Shown: one piece after another, positions 8,801 through 16,382 of the stretch
Numbering within the stretch: position 1 is the stretch's first letter
Layout of the letters: each line of letters starts with the position of its first letter
Origin: an uncultured bacterium
GTDB lineage: Bacteria > B130-G9
Direction of reading: 5' to 3'
Assembly: GCA_965372715.1 (NCBI GenBank)
Contig: CBDVDH010000013.1
Span: forward strand, 52,532-72,531
DNA length: 20,000 nucleotides
The notes under the pieces: generated by a model
Databases searched by the model: none
Told to the model about the DNA's origin: nothing
What the model saw: the letters and a program-made list of their open reading frames with translations, nothing else
Made by a program: the position numbers and the translations under genes

Positions 8801-9090
8801 TCGTACTCGGCCTGATATGCCCGCGTATCGCTGTTGCTAATCTGGTCAACCAGAATCAGGACGTTCGCGTCAACCGACTCAATCGCCGCCTCGACCTCGT
8901 TCATGTCGTCGAGCGCACAGTCAGAGAGGCTGTTGTCGGCGCAAATGTACAGAATGAGCGTCCAGGCCTTTTCGTCGAACGACAATGGGTCTGCTCCAAA
9001 CACCATGCTCGCGGATGCGACTGTGAACAGCGCAAAAACAAGCGGCAAACATAACATTCTCAAGATTGTGCTCCCATCTATCCAATTCAT
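5866..9090 (-). CDS. Secreted clostripain-family (peptidase C11) multidomain protein with Ig-like repeats and a C-terminal choice-of-anchor X-like motif
   Basis: Hydrophobic signal peptide; WTLILYICADNSL; catalytic His in LVLWDHGDGW and Cys in GMDACLMG; ASEE; C-terminal LNDEGLSGDAFAGDGIYS. Start ATG 9090 or 9057. Confidence 0.88.
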   Translation of the reverse strand: MNWIDGSTILRMLCLPLVFALFTVASASMVFGADPLSFDEKAWTLILYICADNSLSDCALDDMNEVEAAIESVDANVLILVDQISNSDTRAYQAEYDALGPQNSSLVSEQIPLGDIYADWDGLTELNLAEPDTLLRFSEWAIDSYPAERLALVLWDHGDGWRRKLAAGRMTKDICYDGYDAMDISELQSALAGLQQNTGRTLDIIGMDACLMGMVEVAYQLKDLCQVLIASEESVPWDGWDYAFLSQLSPGADLSPKELAVHIVDYFYRSYTDGDPYPSDDSFVVLSAVDIAKFGDGFIATLDELAQLLIASMEQNKSKVRDAYISSYRMQDYWYYVDFKDFMLALDHQDISDAVSDAAQEAASEHDELVFHYRAGDGLPYCYGLSIYFESEEHSYDDRYDGDRGFLDFTADTLWDEVLRSFYNPGEMSPQIDFEPLPDTEESGEEIHLSCFIHSTLPLAESALLLRTESASQSADDYTSVSLERGLLPDQYLATIPGQPDNTQVFYYIYAENIARAYSTSPPNAPDSVHSFWVRADTFAPTIEHTPLSSQPASREAFEIRCIVWDNLGVDDDSVKLYYHFGGQNETSVTLEPGGGSAYSGEIPATGLAPGDRVWYRLEATDVAKTPNHAALPEEGYFTFSLVPSLGSVLLIDDNSGDSAGVFLETLEAAGYVVNAHAPGEDLPDAPFNIVVYCLGDASEPMPAYHEGLVDYVLAGGRLLIEAGDLAWSACEQYPTPLSDLKQYVLHIDSWKADYGDILILRSPEATLATTPHALESTVGFYGEFLATRDVCVPAADGNVLYNWSRYSQPGLIYFDDNTIDADGGQIIYMTFAVPYVSDDVGQRTQLIENCTYYLSDYVRDSAPPVLSDVSPHTGATVPPNTTLSFRLADSGIGVDVSTVELSVNGTSVSAEIARINGERLLSVAYTPSGGFAPDTRYDLEIAACDFVGNCLRDDTHWFQTRDTSAQAPVILAGGFMHSQMLGPGHALHAVAMPQAFGDGNAVQLVELMFDSMRLGVLLNDEGLSGDAFAGDGIYSTLFQIPTDVPIGRYKLQILAADTLGQTSDPWPELHVAP

Positions 9091-9218
9091 CTCGCCGGTT
9101 ACAACGCCTTGCCAGGACAATATAACATAACTCAACGCGCCCAGTTGTGAAAACCCGCTATTCCCATTGTCGCAGGAGCGCCGTCTCAAGAGGTCGGCGC
9201 ACAGTCGCGATTTGTGCT

Positions 9219-9242
9219 GTAGGTGCGGTGTTTGCCCCGCCC
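9219..9242 (+). repeat. GTAG-type REP-like imperfect palindrome
   Basis: GTAG-GTGCGG-TGTTTGCC-CCGCCC; 20/24 identical to the element at 15401-15424. Confidence 0.5.
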
Positions 9243-9270
9243 GTTCTATACGTTAATAGATACGAGCCGG

Positions 9271-9323
9271 CGCGGCGTCAAGCCGCGGCCAGCCAAAGCG
9301 GCGTCAAGCCGCCGCACTCCAAA
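9271..9323 (+). repeat. REP-like tandem hairpins ending in CGCACTCCAAA
   Basis: GCGGC-GTCAA-GCCGC occurs twice (9272-9286 and 9298-9312). The tail CCGCCGCACTCCAAA (9309-9323) recurs as its reverse complement at 19857-19871. Confidence 0.7.
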
Positions 9324-9448
9324 GCGCCCAACGGGTGCAAGGCGCATCGCTACTGTATTCGACAAGATCAGCCTCGCGAATGGCTCAGGCGAGCTCAGGA
9401 CACGATGTCAGGGGCCCTCAATCTGATTTTTGGGCGGTTTTTGGGTGC

Positions 9449-9477
9449 TTGACAAGCGCTATGTGTGGAACTACATT
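9449..9477 (+). promoter_or_regulatory. Sigma70-type promoter upstream of the LysM lipoprotein gene
   Basis: TTGACA (9449-9454), 17-nt spacer, TACATT (9472-9477); Shine-Dalgarno GGGAGG at 9543-9548. Confidence 0.7.
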
Positions 9478-9556
9478 GGTCAGTTGAGGTTCTTTGTAGG
9501 GAGTTCCAAAGAAGTAACAGTTATCTGCTGTCTGGTTCAGTAGGGAGGAAATTGCG

Positions 9557-10387
9557 ATGAAAGTGGCGCGTCAGTGTGCATTGATTCTCTTCGTTGTGGC
9601 GCTTGTTGGCTTGCAGGCTGCTTGCACTATGTTCTACAAGCGTCCTGACATGGAGTTGGAGGCGGCTTCGGCGAGCATCTCCGATTCCAAGCAGGCGTGT
9701 GGCGACATTTACGCCACGGACACATTCCAGGAGGCGCAGCGCAAGCTCGATGAGGCGCGTGTGGCCGCGGACAACAAGGAGAAGGGCGCGAAGGATTTGG
9801 CGCTCGAGGCCAAGTCGCTTGCCGAGGAATCGAAGACAGACGCGAGCAAGCGTGGCGCCGACGCTCGCGCTGTTGCGGAGAAGAATCTATCAGCTACTGG
9901 TGATTTGCTGTCCGAAGTTGAGGGAGTGCTCAGCGACTTGGGCGAGGACGAGGGCACGGCGCCGTTTTTGAGTAGGCTAGCCTCATTGCGTGAATTGCGG
10001 TCGAAAGTTGAGTCCCAGCTAGGAGGCTCGGGTTGTGATCTTCTGCTTGCAGAGGCGGGGAGCAAGACGCTTTTGGCGGACGCAAAGGAGCTGGCGGCGG
10101 ACATAGAGAACTACTCAACGTCGGCCGCGGCGGTCGAGGCGTCAGTTCTGCACTCGGTCGTGAAGGGCGAGTGCTTGTGGCGTATAGCGGGCTACCCGAC
10201 GGCCTATTCGGACTCTTTCCTTTGGCCGTTGATTTACAGCGCGAACAGGGATCAGATCAAGGACCCTGACCTGATCTTCCCGGGACAGGTTTTCGAGATT
10301 GTGATGGACGCGACGGACGCGGACCTGGATCAGGCCAGATATAAGGCGCGTACTCGCGGGGCGTGGAGCCTTTACGACGGGAGGTAG
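9557..10387 (+). CDS. Lipoprotein with a DUF4398-like helical region and C-terminal LysM peptidoglycan-binding domain
   Basis: Signal peptide ending in a lipobox-like LQAAC; Ala/Glu/Lys-rich helices; HSVVKGECLWRIA...WPLIYSANRDQIKDPDLIFPGQVFEI. Confidence 0.88.
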   Translation: MKVARQCALILFVVALVGLQAACTMFYKRPDMELEAASASISDSKQACGDIYATDTFQEAQRKLDEARVAADNKEKGAKDLALEAKSLAEESKTDASKRGADARAVAEKNLSATGDLLSEVEGVLSDLGEDEGTAPFLSRLASLRELRSKVESQLGGSGCDLLLAEAGSKTLLADAKELAADIENYSTSAAAVEASVLHSVVKGECLWRIAGYPTAYSDSFLWPLIYSANRDQIKDPDLIFPGQVFEIVMDATDADLDQARYKARTRGAWSLYDGR

Positions 10388-10461
10388 TGTCCGAGGGGGC
10401 TGCGGCTTCTGTATTTCGGCGTCTGCGTTGTGCAGCGTAAGCCGCAGGTTTTCTCTTTGAG

Positions 10462-11481
10462 ATGGAAAGAGTCGTAGATTTTGCGGAAGATGAGAGCCTG
10501 AAAAGGCTTCTCGGTTCTTGCGATTCGGGTTCCAAACTTATTGAGGACGAGTTTGGTGTCGTCCTTATCTCTCGGGGCAGCAAGGTCAAGGTGCGCGGCG
10601 AGGACAGCAAGGTTCTTCTGGCCGAGGATTTCCTGCGGAAGATGGCTCCCCTCTTGGATAGGCACCCGCAGGCCGATGATTCGCTCGTTAGCGATGCGGT
10701 CTATGCGTATCTGAACGACAGTGATATCGATTTGCCTGGGCTGTTTCTTGACAAGATAAGGGTTCCCTCCCGGGCCGCGGACATATATCCCAAGACGCGG
10801 AACCAAAAGCGCTACGTTCGGCTGATGCGGACTTGCGACATAGTCTTCTCGATCGGCCCCGCCGGAACTGGGAAGACCTACCTCGCGATGGCGATTGCGG
10901 TGTCGGTCTTCTTCGCGAAGCAGGTCAAACGAATTGTTTTGACCAGGCCGGCGATTGAGGCGGGTGAGCGGCTTGGGTTCTTGCCCGGCGATTTCAAAGA
11001 GAAGATCATGCCTTATCTGAGGCCGCTCTACGACGCCCTTTATGACATGATTCCGATGAGCAAGGCGAGTTACTTGATCGAAAACGGCGCGATTGAGATT
11101 GCGCCTCTTGCGTATATGCGGGGTCGAACGCTTAATGACAGCGTCGCGATCTTGGATGAGGCGCAGAATACGACCCCGGAGCAGATGAAGATGTTCCTCA
11201 CACGCCTGGGCAAGGGTTCGAGAGCGGTGATTACTGGGGACATCACTCAGATAGACCTCCCTGCCGGGCAGGTTTCCGGGCTTGTGCAGGTCCAATCAGT
11301 ACTTTCCGCAATACGAGGGATAGAGTTTCAGTATTTCTCGTCCGCCGATGTTGTGCGGCACAACCTGGTTCAAAAGATAATCGATGCTTACGAGGTACAC
11401 AGCAGGCCGGCGGAGTCGTTGCCGAAGTCGTTGGCTCAAACCTCTTTCAGCGGGGAAGAGAGTGAGAGCAGGGACGGTTAG
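10462..11481 (+). CDS. phoH: PhoH-family ATPase (YbeZ-like)
   Basis: GPAGTGKT Walker A, LTRPAIEAGERLGFLPGD, PLAYMRGRTL, ILDEAQN, GDITQIDLP, DVVRH. Confidence 0.96.
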   Translation: MERVVDFAEDESLKRLLGSCDSGSKLIEDEFGVVLISRGSKVKVRGEDSKVLLAEDFLRKMAPLLDRHPQADDSLVSDAVYAYLNDSDIDLPGLFLDKIRVPSRAADIYPKTRNQKRYVRLMRTCDIVFSIGPAGTGKTYLAMAIAVSVFFAKQVKRIVLTRPAIEAGERLGFLPGDFKEKIMPYLRPLYDALYDMIPMSKASYLIENGAIEIAPLAYMRGRTLNDSVAILDEAQNTTPEQMKMFLTRLGKGSRAVITGDITQIDLPAGQVSGLVQVQSVLSAIRGIEFQYFSSADVVRHNLVQKIIDAYEVHSRPAESLPKSLAQTSFSGEESESRDG

Positions 11482-11518
11482 TTGAGCCTGGTGTGCAGGG
11501 CAATCGGCGGGAATTGAG

Positions 11519-13993
11519 ATGAGCAGAAGAAGCCGCTCCAGGCAGAAGCGTCAAGGCCTGGCCCGCGATTCGGAACCCCCTGAGCGGCGCTGGTCCTGGC
11601 ATTCATTTGTCGCTCGGCTCCCGGCGGTCATCGGCCGGAGCAAAGTTTATCGCACGATAATAGCCTGCGCGGCGATAGCGCTTCTTTCCGTTTTACTCGT
11701 TCCCAAGCGGCACACGATTGACGTGGAGCTTTATCGTGTTGGTGAAATAGCGAGACAGGATATGTGGGCTCCGAGCGAGATCACGATTGAGGACGAGCAG
11801 ACCACCGAGGCGAAAAGGAAGACCGCTGCGCAGAACGTAGCGCCTGTCTATGATTATGACGAGCGCGCCGTCTCTCAGACGATTGCGCTCATAGCATCTG
11901 CATTTTCAGGTCTTCGGGATGATCTCGGGAGGCGCAATGAGCTGCTGCGGTCCATCGAGCAAGCTTCTCCCGCGGAGGGTGAGGATGAGAGCGCCCGGTC
12001 GGGCACTGATAGCTCGGCAGAAGGTTCGCAGGAAGTGCAATCCGAGGCAACGGAACCAGCAGCACGGCCTGAGATCAAACCCACGATTGATGATTTGCAC
12101 GAGAAGTTCAAACAGACGCTTGGTGCGGACATGCCTCGCGAGGAGTTCGACCTGCTGGTCTCCTCAGGTTTCAGCGTTTCGGTTGAGCGATGTCTTACGA
12201 GGTCATTCGAGGAGGCCACCAGGGACGGCGTAGTCGGGGACAAGAATCTTTTGATAGGCAGTTCTGATAACGGGATAACGGTTAAGGAGGTTGGAAGCGT
12301 CATGACCAGATTGCTTGCTCCCAACGTGCTTTACAAGATTCCGGATGCCCAAGAGGCGCGTGCGACAGCGGCACGATTCGTGAGGTCTCGGTGCGCCGAC
12401 CTTAATATGCTTCACTCCGTGCTCGCCTCGATCGCTTCGCAGCTCATCAAGCCCACGCTAACCTTCAACAAGAGCGAGACGGAAAAGAGCAAGCAGGAAG
12501 CGATAGATGCGGTAGAGCCTGTTTATTTCAAGATCAAGAAGGGGCAGATGATCATCAGGGCTAGGGAGATGGTCACGCCTAAACATAACAAGATTATCAA
12601 TGTTGTCGCGAAGAACGTTCAGCCTCGCAAGCAGGTCTATTCGGCCGTTGGCACGCCGTTGTTCCTCGCAATTGTGATTCTGCTCATCTACTTGTCGGCT
12701 CGTAGGTTTGGATTTGAGGCCCGGCCGGGTTGGAAGAATGAGGCACTGTTCTGGTCGATCATCGTCCTGGCGGTGCTGTTCTCAAAGGTCTTTCTCTGGG
12801 GTGTGAGAAGCCTCGTTGGCACGATAGAGCAATTCCCGTTCAACCAGCTGGAGTCGTACTACTTCGCAGCCCCACTGGGGCTTGGCACGGTATTGACGAC
12901 GCTCCTTCTAGGTAAGAGATCGGGTCTGGCCGCGGCGGTTCTGGCTTCGGCGATTGTCCCACTGCTTTTTGGCAATTGGCCTGTGATCATCATGGCGACG
13001 CTTCTCTCCGGTATAGCCGTCGTGTTCGTCGCAGAGAAGTATAAGGGCGGGGCGCTGGTGTTCAAGATGGGCCTCTCGATTGGGATAGCTGCTGCCGTAA
13101 CGATACTCTCGATGCAGCTGCTTGATCCGAACGTAAAACTCGCGGACACGGGCTATTTCAATGCGCTGTGTGGTTTTGGTCAGGGGGTAGTAGTGATTGG
13201 GTTTACAAGCATCCTTTTGCCCATTCTGGAGCTCGTGTTTGGTGTCTGGACGAAGTCAAAGCTGCTCGATCTTGCGTCGAGCGACCGACCTCTCATCAAG
13301 CGGCTCATGATCGAGGCGGGTGGGACCCACAACCATAGCCTCAGGGTAGGCGAGCTCGCTCGAAACGCGTGCGAGGCGGTAGGCGCCAACGGTGTTATCG
13401 CGCTGGTTGGCTCGTATTATCACGACATAGGCAAGCTGAGGCGTCCCGGCTATTTCATTGAGAATACGCCAGTGGGAGGCGACAATCCTCACGAGAGTTT
13501 GACCCCGGCGATGAGCGTCCGTGTCCTCGTAGAACACGTAACCTACGGCCTCGAGCTGGCGCGGAAGAACAAGCTCCCGCCGGTCATCCATGACGCCATC
13601 GAACGGCATCACGGCACGTCGCTGATGAGGCCGTTTTATCATAAAGCCCAGGAAGCGGCGAAGCGGACCGGGGAGAACCTGGAGGAGTCCGAGTTCCGCT
13701 ATCCGGGCTCAAAGCCCAGGACCCGAGAGACGGGAATCATAATGCTTGCCGACTCGGTTGAGGCGGCCTCTAGGGTACTGACCAATCCGACCAGAGACAA
13801 GGTCTCGAAGATGGTCGATAGAATAGCGTCTTGGTATGTGGAGGACCATCAGCTTGATGAGTGCGACCTTACGCTCCGAGAGGTCCAGAAATGCAAGGAT
13901 ACATTTGTGCTGGTTTTGCAGGGGATGCTTCATTCCAGAATTGAGTATCCCGAGGACCAATTGGCCGGCCCAGATTCACAAGAGACAAGATAG
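11519..13993 (+). CDS. 7TM-HDIG membrane HD phosphohydrolase (PgpH-like cyclic di-AMP phosphodiesterase)
   Basis: N-terminal TM helix, large extracellular domain, multiple TM helices, then GTHNHS, YYHDIGK, YFIEN, HHGT, FRYPG, MLADSVEAA, RIEYP. Typical position between phoH and ybeY. Confidence 0.92.
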   Translation: MSRRSRSRQKRQGLARDSEPPERRWSWHSFVARLPAVIGRSKVYRTIIACAAIALLSVLLVPKRHTIDVELYRVGEIARQDMWAPSEITIEDEQTTEAKRKTAAQNVAPVYDYDERAVSQTIALIASAFSGLRDDLGRRNELLRSIEQASPAEGEDESARSGTDSSAEGSQEVQSEATEPAARPEIKPTIDDLHEKFKQTLGADMPREEFDLLVSSGFSVSVERCLTRSFEEATRDGVVGDKNLLIGSSDNGITVKEVGSVMTRLLAPNVLYKIPDAQEARATAARFVRSRCADLNMLHSVLASIASQLIKPTLTFNKSETEKSKQEAIDAVEPVYFKIKKGQMIIRAREMVTPKHNKIINVVAKNVQPRKQVYSAVGTPLFLAIVILLIYLSARRFGFEARPGWKNEALFWSIIVLAVLFSKVFLWGVRSLVGTIEQFPFNQLESYYFAAPLGLGTVLTTLLLGKRSGLAAAVLASAIVPLLFGNWPVIIMATLLSGIAVVFVAEKYKGGALVFKMGLSIGIAAAVTILSMQLLDPNVKLADTGYFNALCGFGQGVVVIGFTSILLPILELVFGVWTKSKLLDLASSDRPLIKRLMIEAGGTHNHSLRVGELARNACEAVGANGVIALVGSYYHDIGKLRRPGYFIENTPVGGDNPHESLTPAMSVRVLVEHVTYGLELARKNKLPPVIHDAIERHHGTSLMRPFYHKAQEAAKRTGENLEESEFRYPGSKPRTRETGIIMLADSVEAASRVLTNPTRDKVSKMVDRIASWYVEDHQLDECDLTLREVQKCKDTFVLVLQGMLHSRIEYPEDQLAGPDSQETR

Positions 13994-14040
13994 CGTTTGG
14001 GGGCCGGATCGCATGGGTATTAGAGCTGAGCGGAGGTATC

Positions 14041-14496
14041 ATGGCCAGAATTGAAATCATCTCAGATGCAGGTTGGGACAGAGTGGACGAGAGCCGGGCG
14101 CGGGGCGTTGTGTCTCAAGCCCTAAGGATGATCGGCAGAAGCGGCGCCGCGGTCAACGTGCTGTTCAGCGGCGATGAGAGGATACGGAGGCTGAACAAGG
14201 AGTTCAGAGATGTTGACGCCCCGACCGATGTGATGGCGTTCCCGTCCGGGGATGACGGCGGCTTCCTGGGAGACATCATTATCTCCGTTGAGACGGCGAA
14301 GATGCACGCCGACGAGCTTGGCCACAGCCTCGAGCGTGAGATTAGAATCCTGCTTGTCCACGGCATTCTGCACCTCATCGGATACACCGATTATGACGAC
14401 TCAGCCAAACAGGGCATGTTTCAAAAGACGGACGAAATGTTAGAGCAACTTAATGTTTCTCACAATCCAGGGAAGGTGACAAGAAGTGGAGGATGA
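14041..14496 (+). CDS. ybeY: rRNA maturation endoribonuclease YbeY
   Basis: LNKEFRDVDAPTDVMAFP, LGDIIIS, HGILHLIGY; Shine-Dalgarno GGAGG. Confidence 0.95.
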   Translation: MARIEIISDAGWDRVDESRARGVVSQALRMIGRSGAAVNVLFSGDERIRRLNKEFRDVDAPTDVMAFPSGDDGGFLGDIIISVETAKMHADELGHSLEREIRILLVHGILHLIGYTDYDDSAKQGMFQKTDEMLEQLNVSHNPGKVTRSGG

Positions 14497-15367
14497 CCAA
14501 AGCGCGGGCAATTTAGGGCTGCTCGCCAAGCTAAGAAACTTTGTCAAGCGTCTTAAGACGTCGGGGAGGGCCGAACCCGTCCATGACAGGATAATCTCGC
14601 TAATCGACCGCTCGATTGAGGACCCGTCCGAGATCGATAGCAGCGTGCTAAGGATGATTGGCAGCGTGCTCGAGTTCAGCGACAAGATCGTTCGCGAGGT
14701 GATGGTCCCGCGTGTCGATATGATCTGCGTGGAGCTTTCGGACGGTGTTCAAGAGCTCAAGCGCGTCATGGCGGAGGAGGGCTATTCGAGGGTCCCGATC
14801 TTCGACGACAACATCGACAACATCGTCGGCATCGCCCACGTCAGGGACCTCATCCGACAGGAGAACATCCACGGCAGCGGGGCATTCGAGATGTCGCAGA
14901 TAATGATGAAGCCGTTCTTCGTGCCCGAGACCAAGAAGGCCAAGGACCTCCTGGCTACGTTCCGCACCGACAAGAACCTCATGGCCATAGCGGTCGATGA
15001 ATATGGCGGCACGGCCGGGCTTATCACGATTGAGGACCTGCTCGAGGAGATAGTCGGCGAAATACGAGGCGAGTTCGAGCCTGAGCTGGAGGAGCCGCTG
15101 AAGGTGCTCGACGACGACACCATCATCGCCGACGGCAATACCGACCTCGACCTGCTTCTGGAGCATGTGCCGCTCGCAGTTGAGAATCACGATTTCGACA
15201 CGCTCGCCGGGTTCATACTCGACCAGACTGGCTCGGTTCCGGCCGAGAACGAGAGCTTTGTGTTCGGCGGCTTCCGCTTCACCGTGCTCCAGGCCGACGA
15301 GCGCCGCATCCTGAAGGTCAAGATCGAACGCCTCAAGGCCCAATCCGAGCAGGATGACGATATGTAG
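14486..15367 (+). CDS. corC: CBS-pair plus CorC/HlyC domain protein (YbeX/CorC-like)
   Basis: VREVMVPR, GYSRVPIF, FFVPETK, VDEYGGTAGLITIEDLLEEIVGEI, DTLAGF; directly follows ybeY. Confidence 0.92.
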   Translation: MEDDQSAGNLGLLAKLRNFVKRLKTSGRAEPVHDRIISLIDRSIEDPSEIDSSVLRMIGSVLEFSDKIVREVMVPRVDMICVELSDGVQELKRVMAEEGYSRVPIFDDNIDNIVGIAHVRDLIRQENIHGSGAFEMSQIMMKPFFVPETKKAKDLLATFRTDKNLMAIAVDEYGGTAGLITIEDLLEEIVGEIRGEFEPELEEPLKVLDDDTIIADGNTDLDLLLEHVPLAVENHDFDTLAGFILDQTGSVPAENESFVFGGFRFTVLQADERRILKVKIERLKAQSEQDDDM

Positions 15368-15500
15368 GGGCGTATTGCATACGCCCGTTGGCTGTTGCCC
15401 GTTGGGGCGGTGGTTGTCCCGCCCTGTATCGGCAGTGTTTCGTACGGGCAGCCCTTGCGTCTGCTTAAGATAAAGAGGGTGCAGCAAGCGGCACCCCTAC
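15364..15500. repeat. Cluster of four GTAG-type REP-like palindromes
   Basis: GTAG-GGGCGTAT-TGC-ATACGCCC (15364-15386); GTTG-GGGCGG...CCGCCC (15401-15424); degenerate GTAC-GGGCAG...CTGCTT (15442-15466); inverted GGGTGC-AGCAAGCG-GCACCC-CTAC (15477-15500). Confidence 0.8.
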
Positions 15501-15536
15501 AAGACCTATTACATAACAGGATAAACCGGAGGCACA

Positions 15537-16322
15537 ATGACTTACACAAACGTCCTCTACGAGAAGAAGGATCGCGTCCTTCATCTGACGATTAACCGAC
15601 CCAAGGCGCTCAACGCGCTCAACGCTAAGACCCTCGACGAGCTCGAGGACGCTATCGACGAGGCCAGCGCCGACGATGAGATACTGGCGATCATCCTGAC
15701 CGGCGCCGGCGAGAAGGCATTCGTTGCGGGCGCAGACATCTCTGAATTGGTCGATCTGGACGAAGAATCTGGCGCGGCCTTCTCGAGGCGCGGTCAGCGT
15801 CTGTTCCTAAAGATTGAGAGGCTCCCCAAGCCCGTTATTGCGGCGGTCAACGGCTTTGCGCTCGGCGGCGGCTGCGAGCTCGCCATGGCCTGCGCAATAC
15901 GCATCGCCTCGACCAACGCCAGCTTCGGCCAGCCGGAGGTCAAGCTCGGCCTCATCCCAGGCTACGGCGGCACACAGCGCCTCCCGCGCCTCGTCGGCAA
16001 ATCCAACGCGATGAGCCTGACGCTGACGGGTGACATAATCCCCGCCGAGCGGGCATACGAGATTGGCCTCGTCTCAAAGGTCGTCTCACTCGACGGCCTC
16101 ACGCAGGCGGCGGAGAAGATCGCCAGCAAGATAGTCTCGATGGGGCCGCTTGCGATCAAGGCGTCAATTGAGGCGATCAACGCCGCTTACGAGCAGCCGC
16201 GCCTCGAGCACGGCCTGAAGCGCGAGGCAAACCTCTTCGGCGCCATCTGCGCCACTGAAGACGCGAAAGAGGGCACCGGCGCCTTTTTGGAGAAACGCAA
16301 GGCCGACTTCAAGGGCAAATAA
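15537..16322 (+). CDS. Enoyl-CoA hydratase (crotonase family)
   Basis: INRPKALNALN, AFVAGADI, NGFALGGGCELAMAC, GQPEVKLGLIPGYGGTQRL (both catalytic Glu present), AFLEKRK; Shine-Dalgarno GGAGG. Confidence 0.96.
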   Translation: MTYTNVLYEKKDRVLHLTINRPKALNALNAKTLDELEDAIDEASADDEILAIILTGAGEKAFVAGADISELVDLDEESGAAFSRRGQRLFLKIERLPKPVIAAVNGFALGGGCELAMACAIRIASTNASFGQPEVKLGLIPGYGGTQRLPRLVGKSNAMSLTLTGDIIPAERAYEIGLVSKVVSLDGLTQAAEKIASKIVSMGPLAIKASIEAINAAYEQPRLEHGLKREANLFGAICATEDAKEGTGAFLEKRKADFKGK

Positions 16323-16349
16323 GCCACAGAGGGGGCAGTTCTGGCGAGC

Positions 16350-16370
16350 TGCGCTATCGGGGCTAGCGCA
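16350..16370. terminator. Hairpin between convergent genes, possible terminator
   Basis: TGCGCTA-7 nt-TAGCGCA; no U-tract on either strand. Confidence 0.25.
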
Positions 16371-16382
16371 AGGGGGGTGCGT

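Noticed and set aside
10372-11295. 307-aa antisense ORF over phoH
   Set aside because: Shadow ORF of a conserved high-GC gene with no recognisable motifs.
14648-15487. 279-aa antisense ORF over corC
   Set aside because: Shadow frame of a well-supported gene.
15364-15500. Possible mini CRISPR array
   Set aside because: Units differ in sequence and orientation and there are no cas genes; REP elements explain it better.
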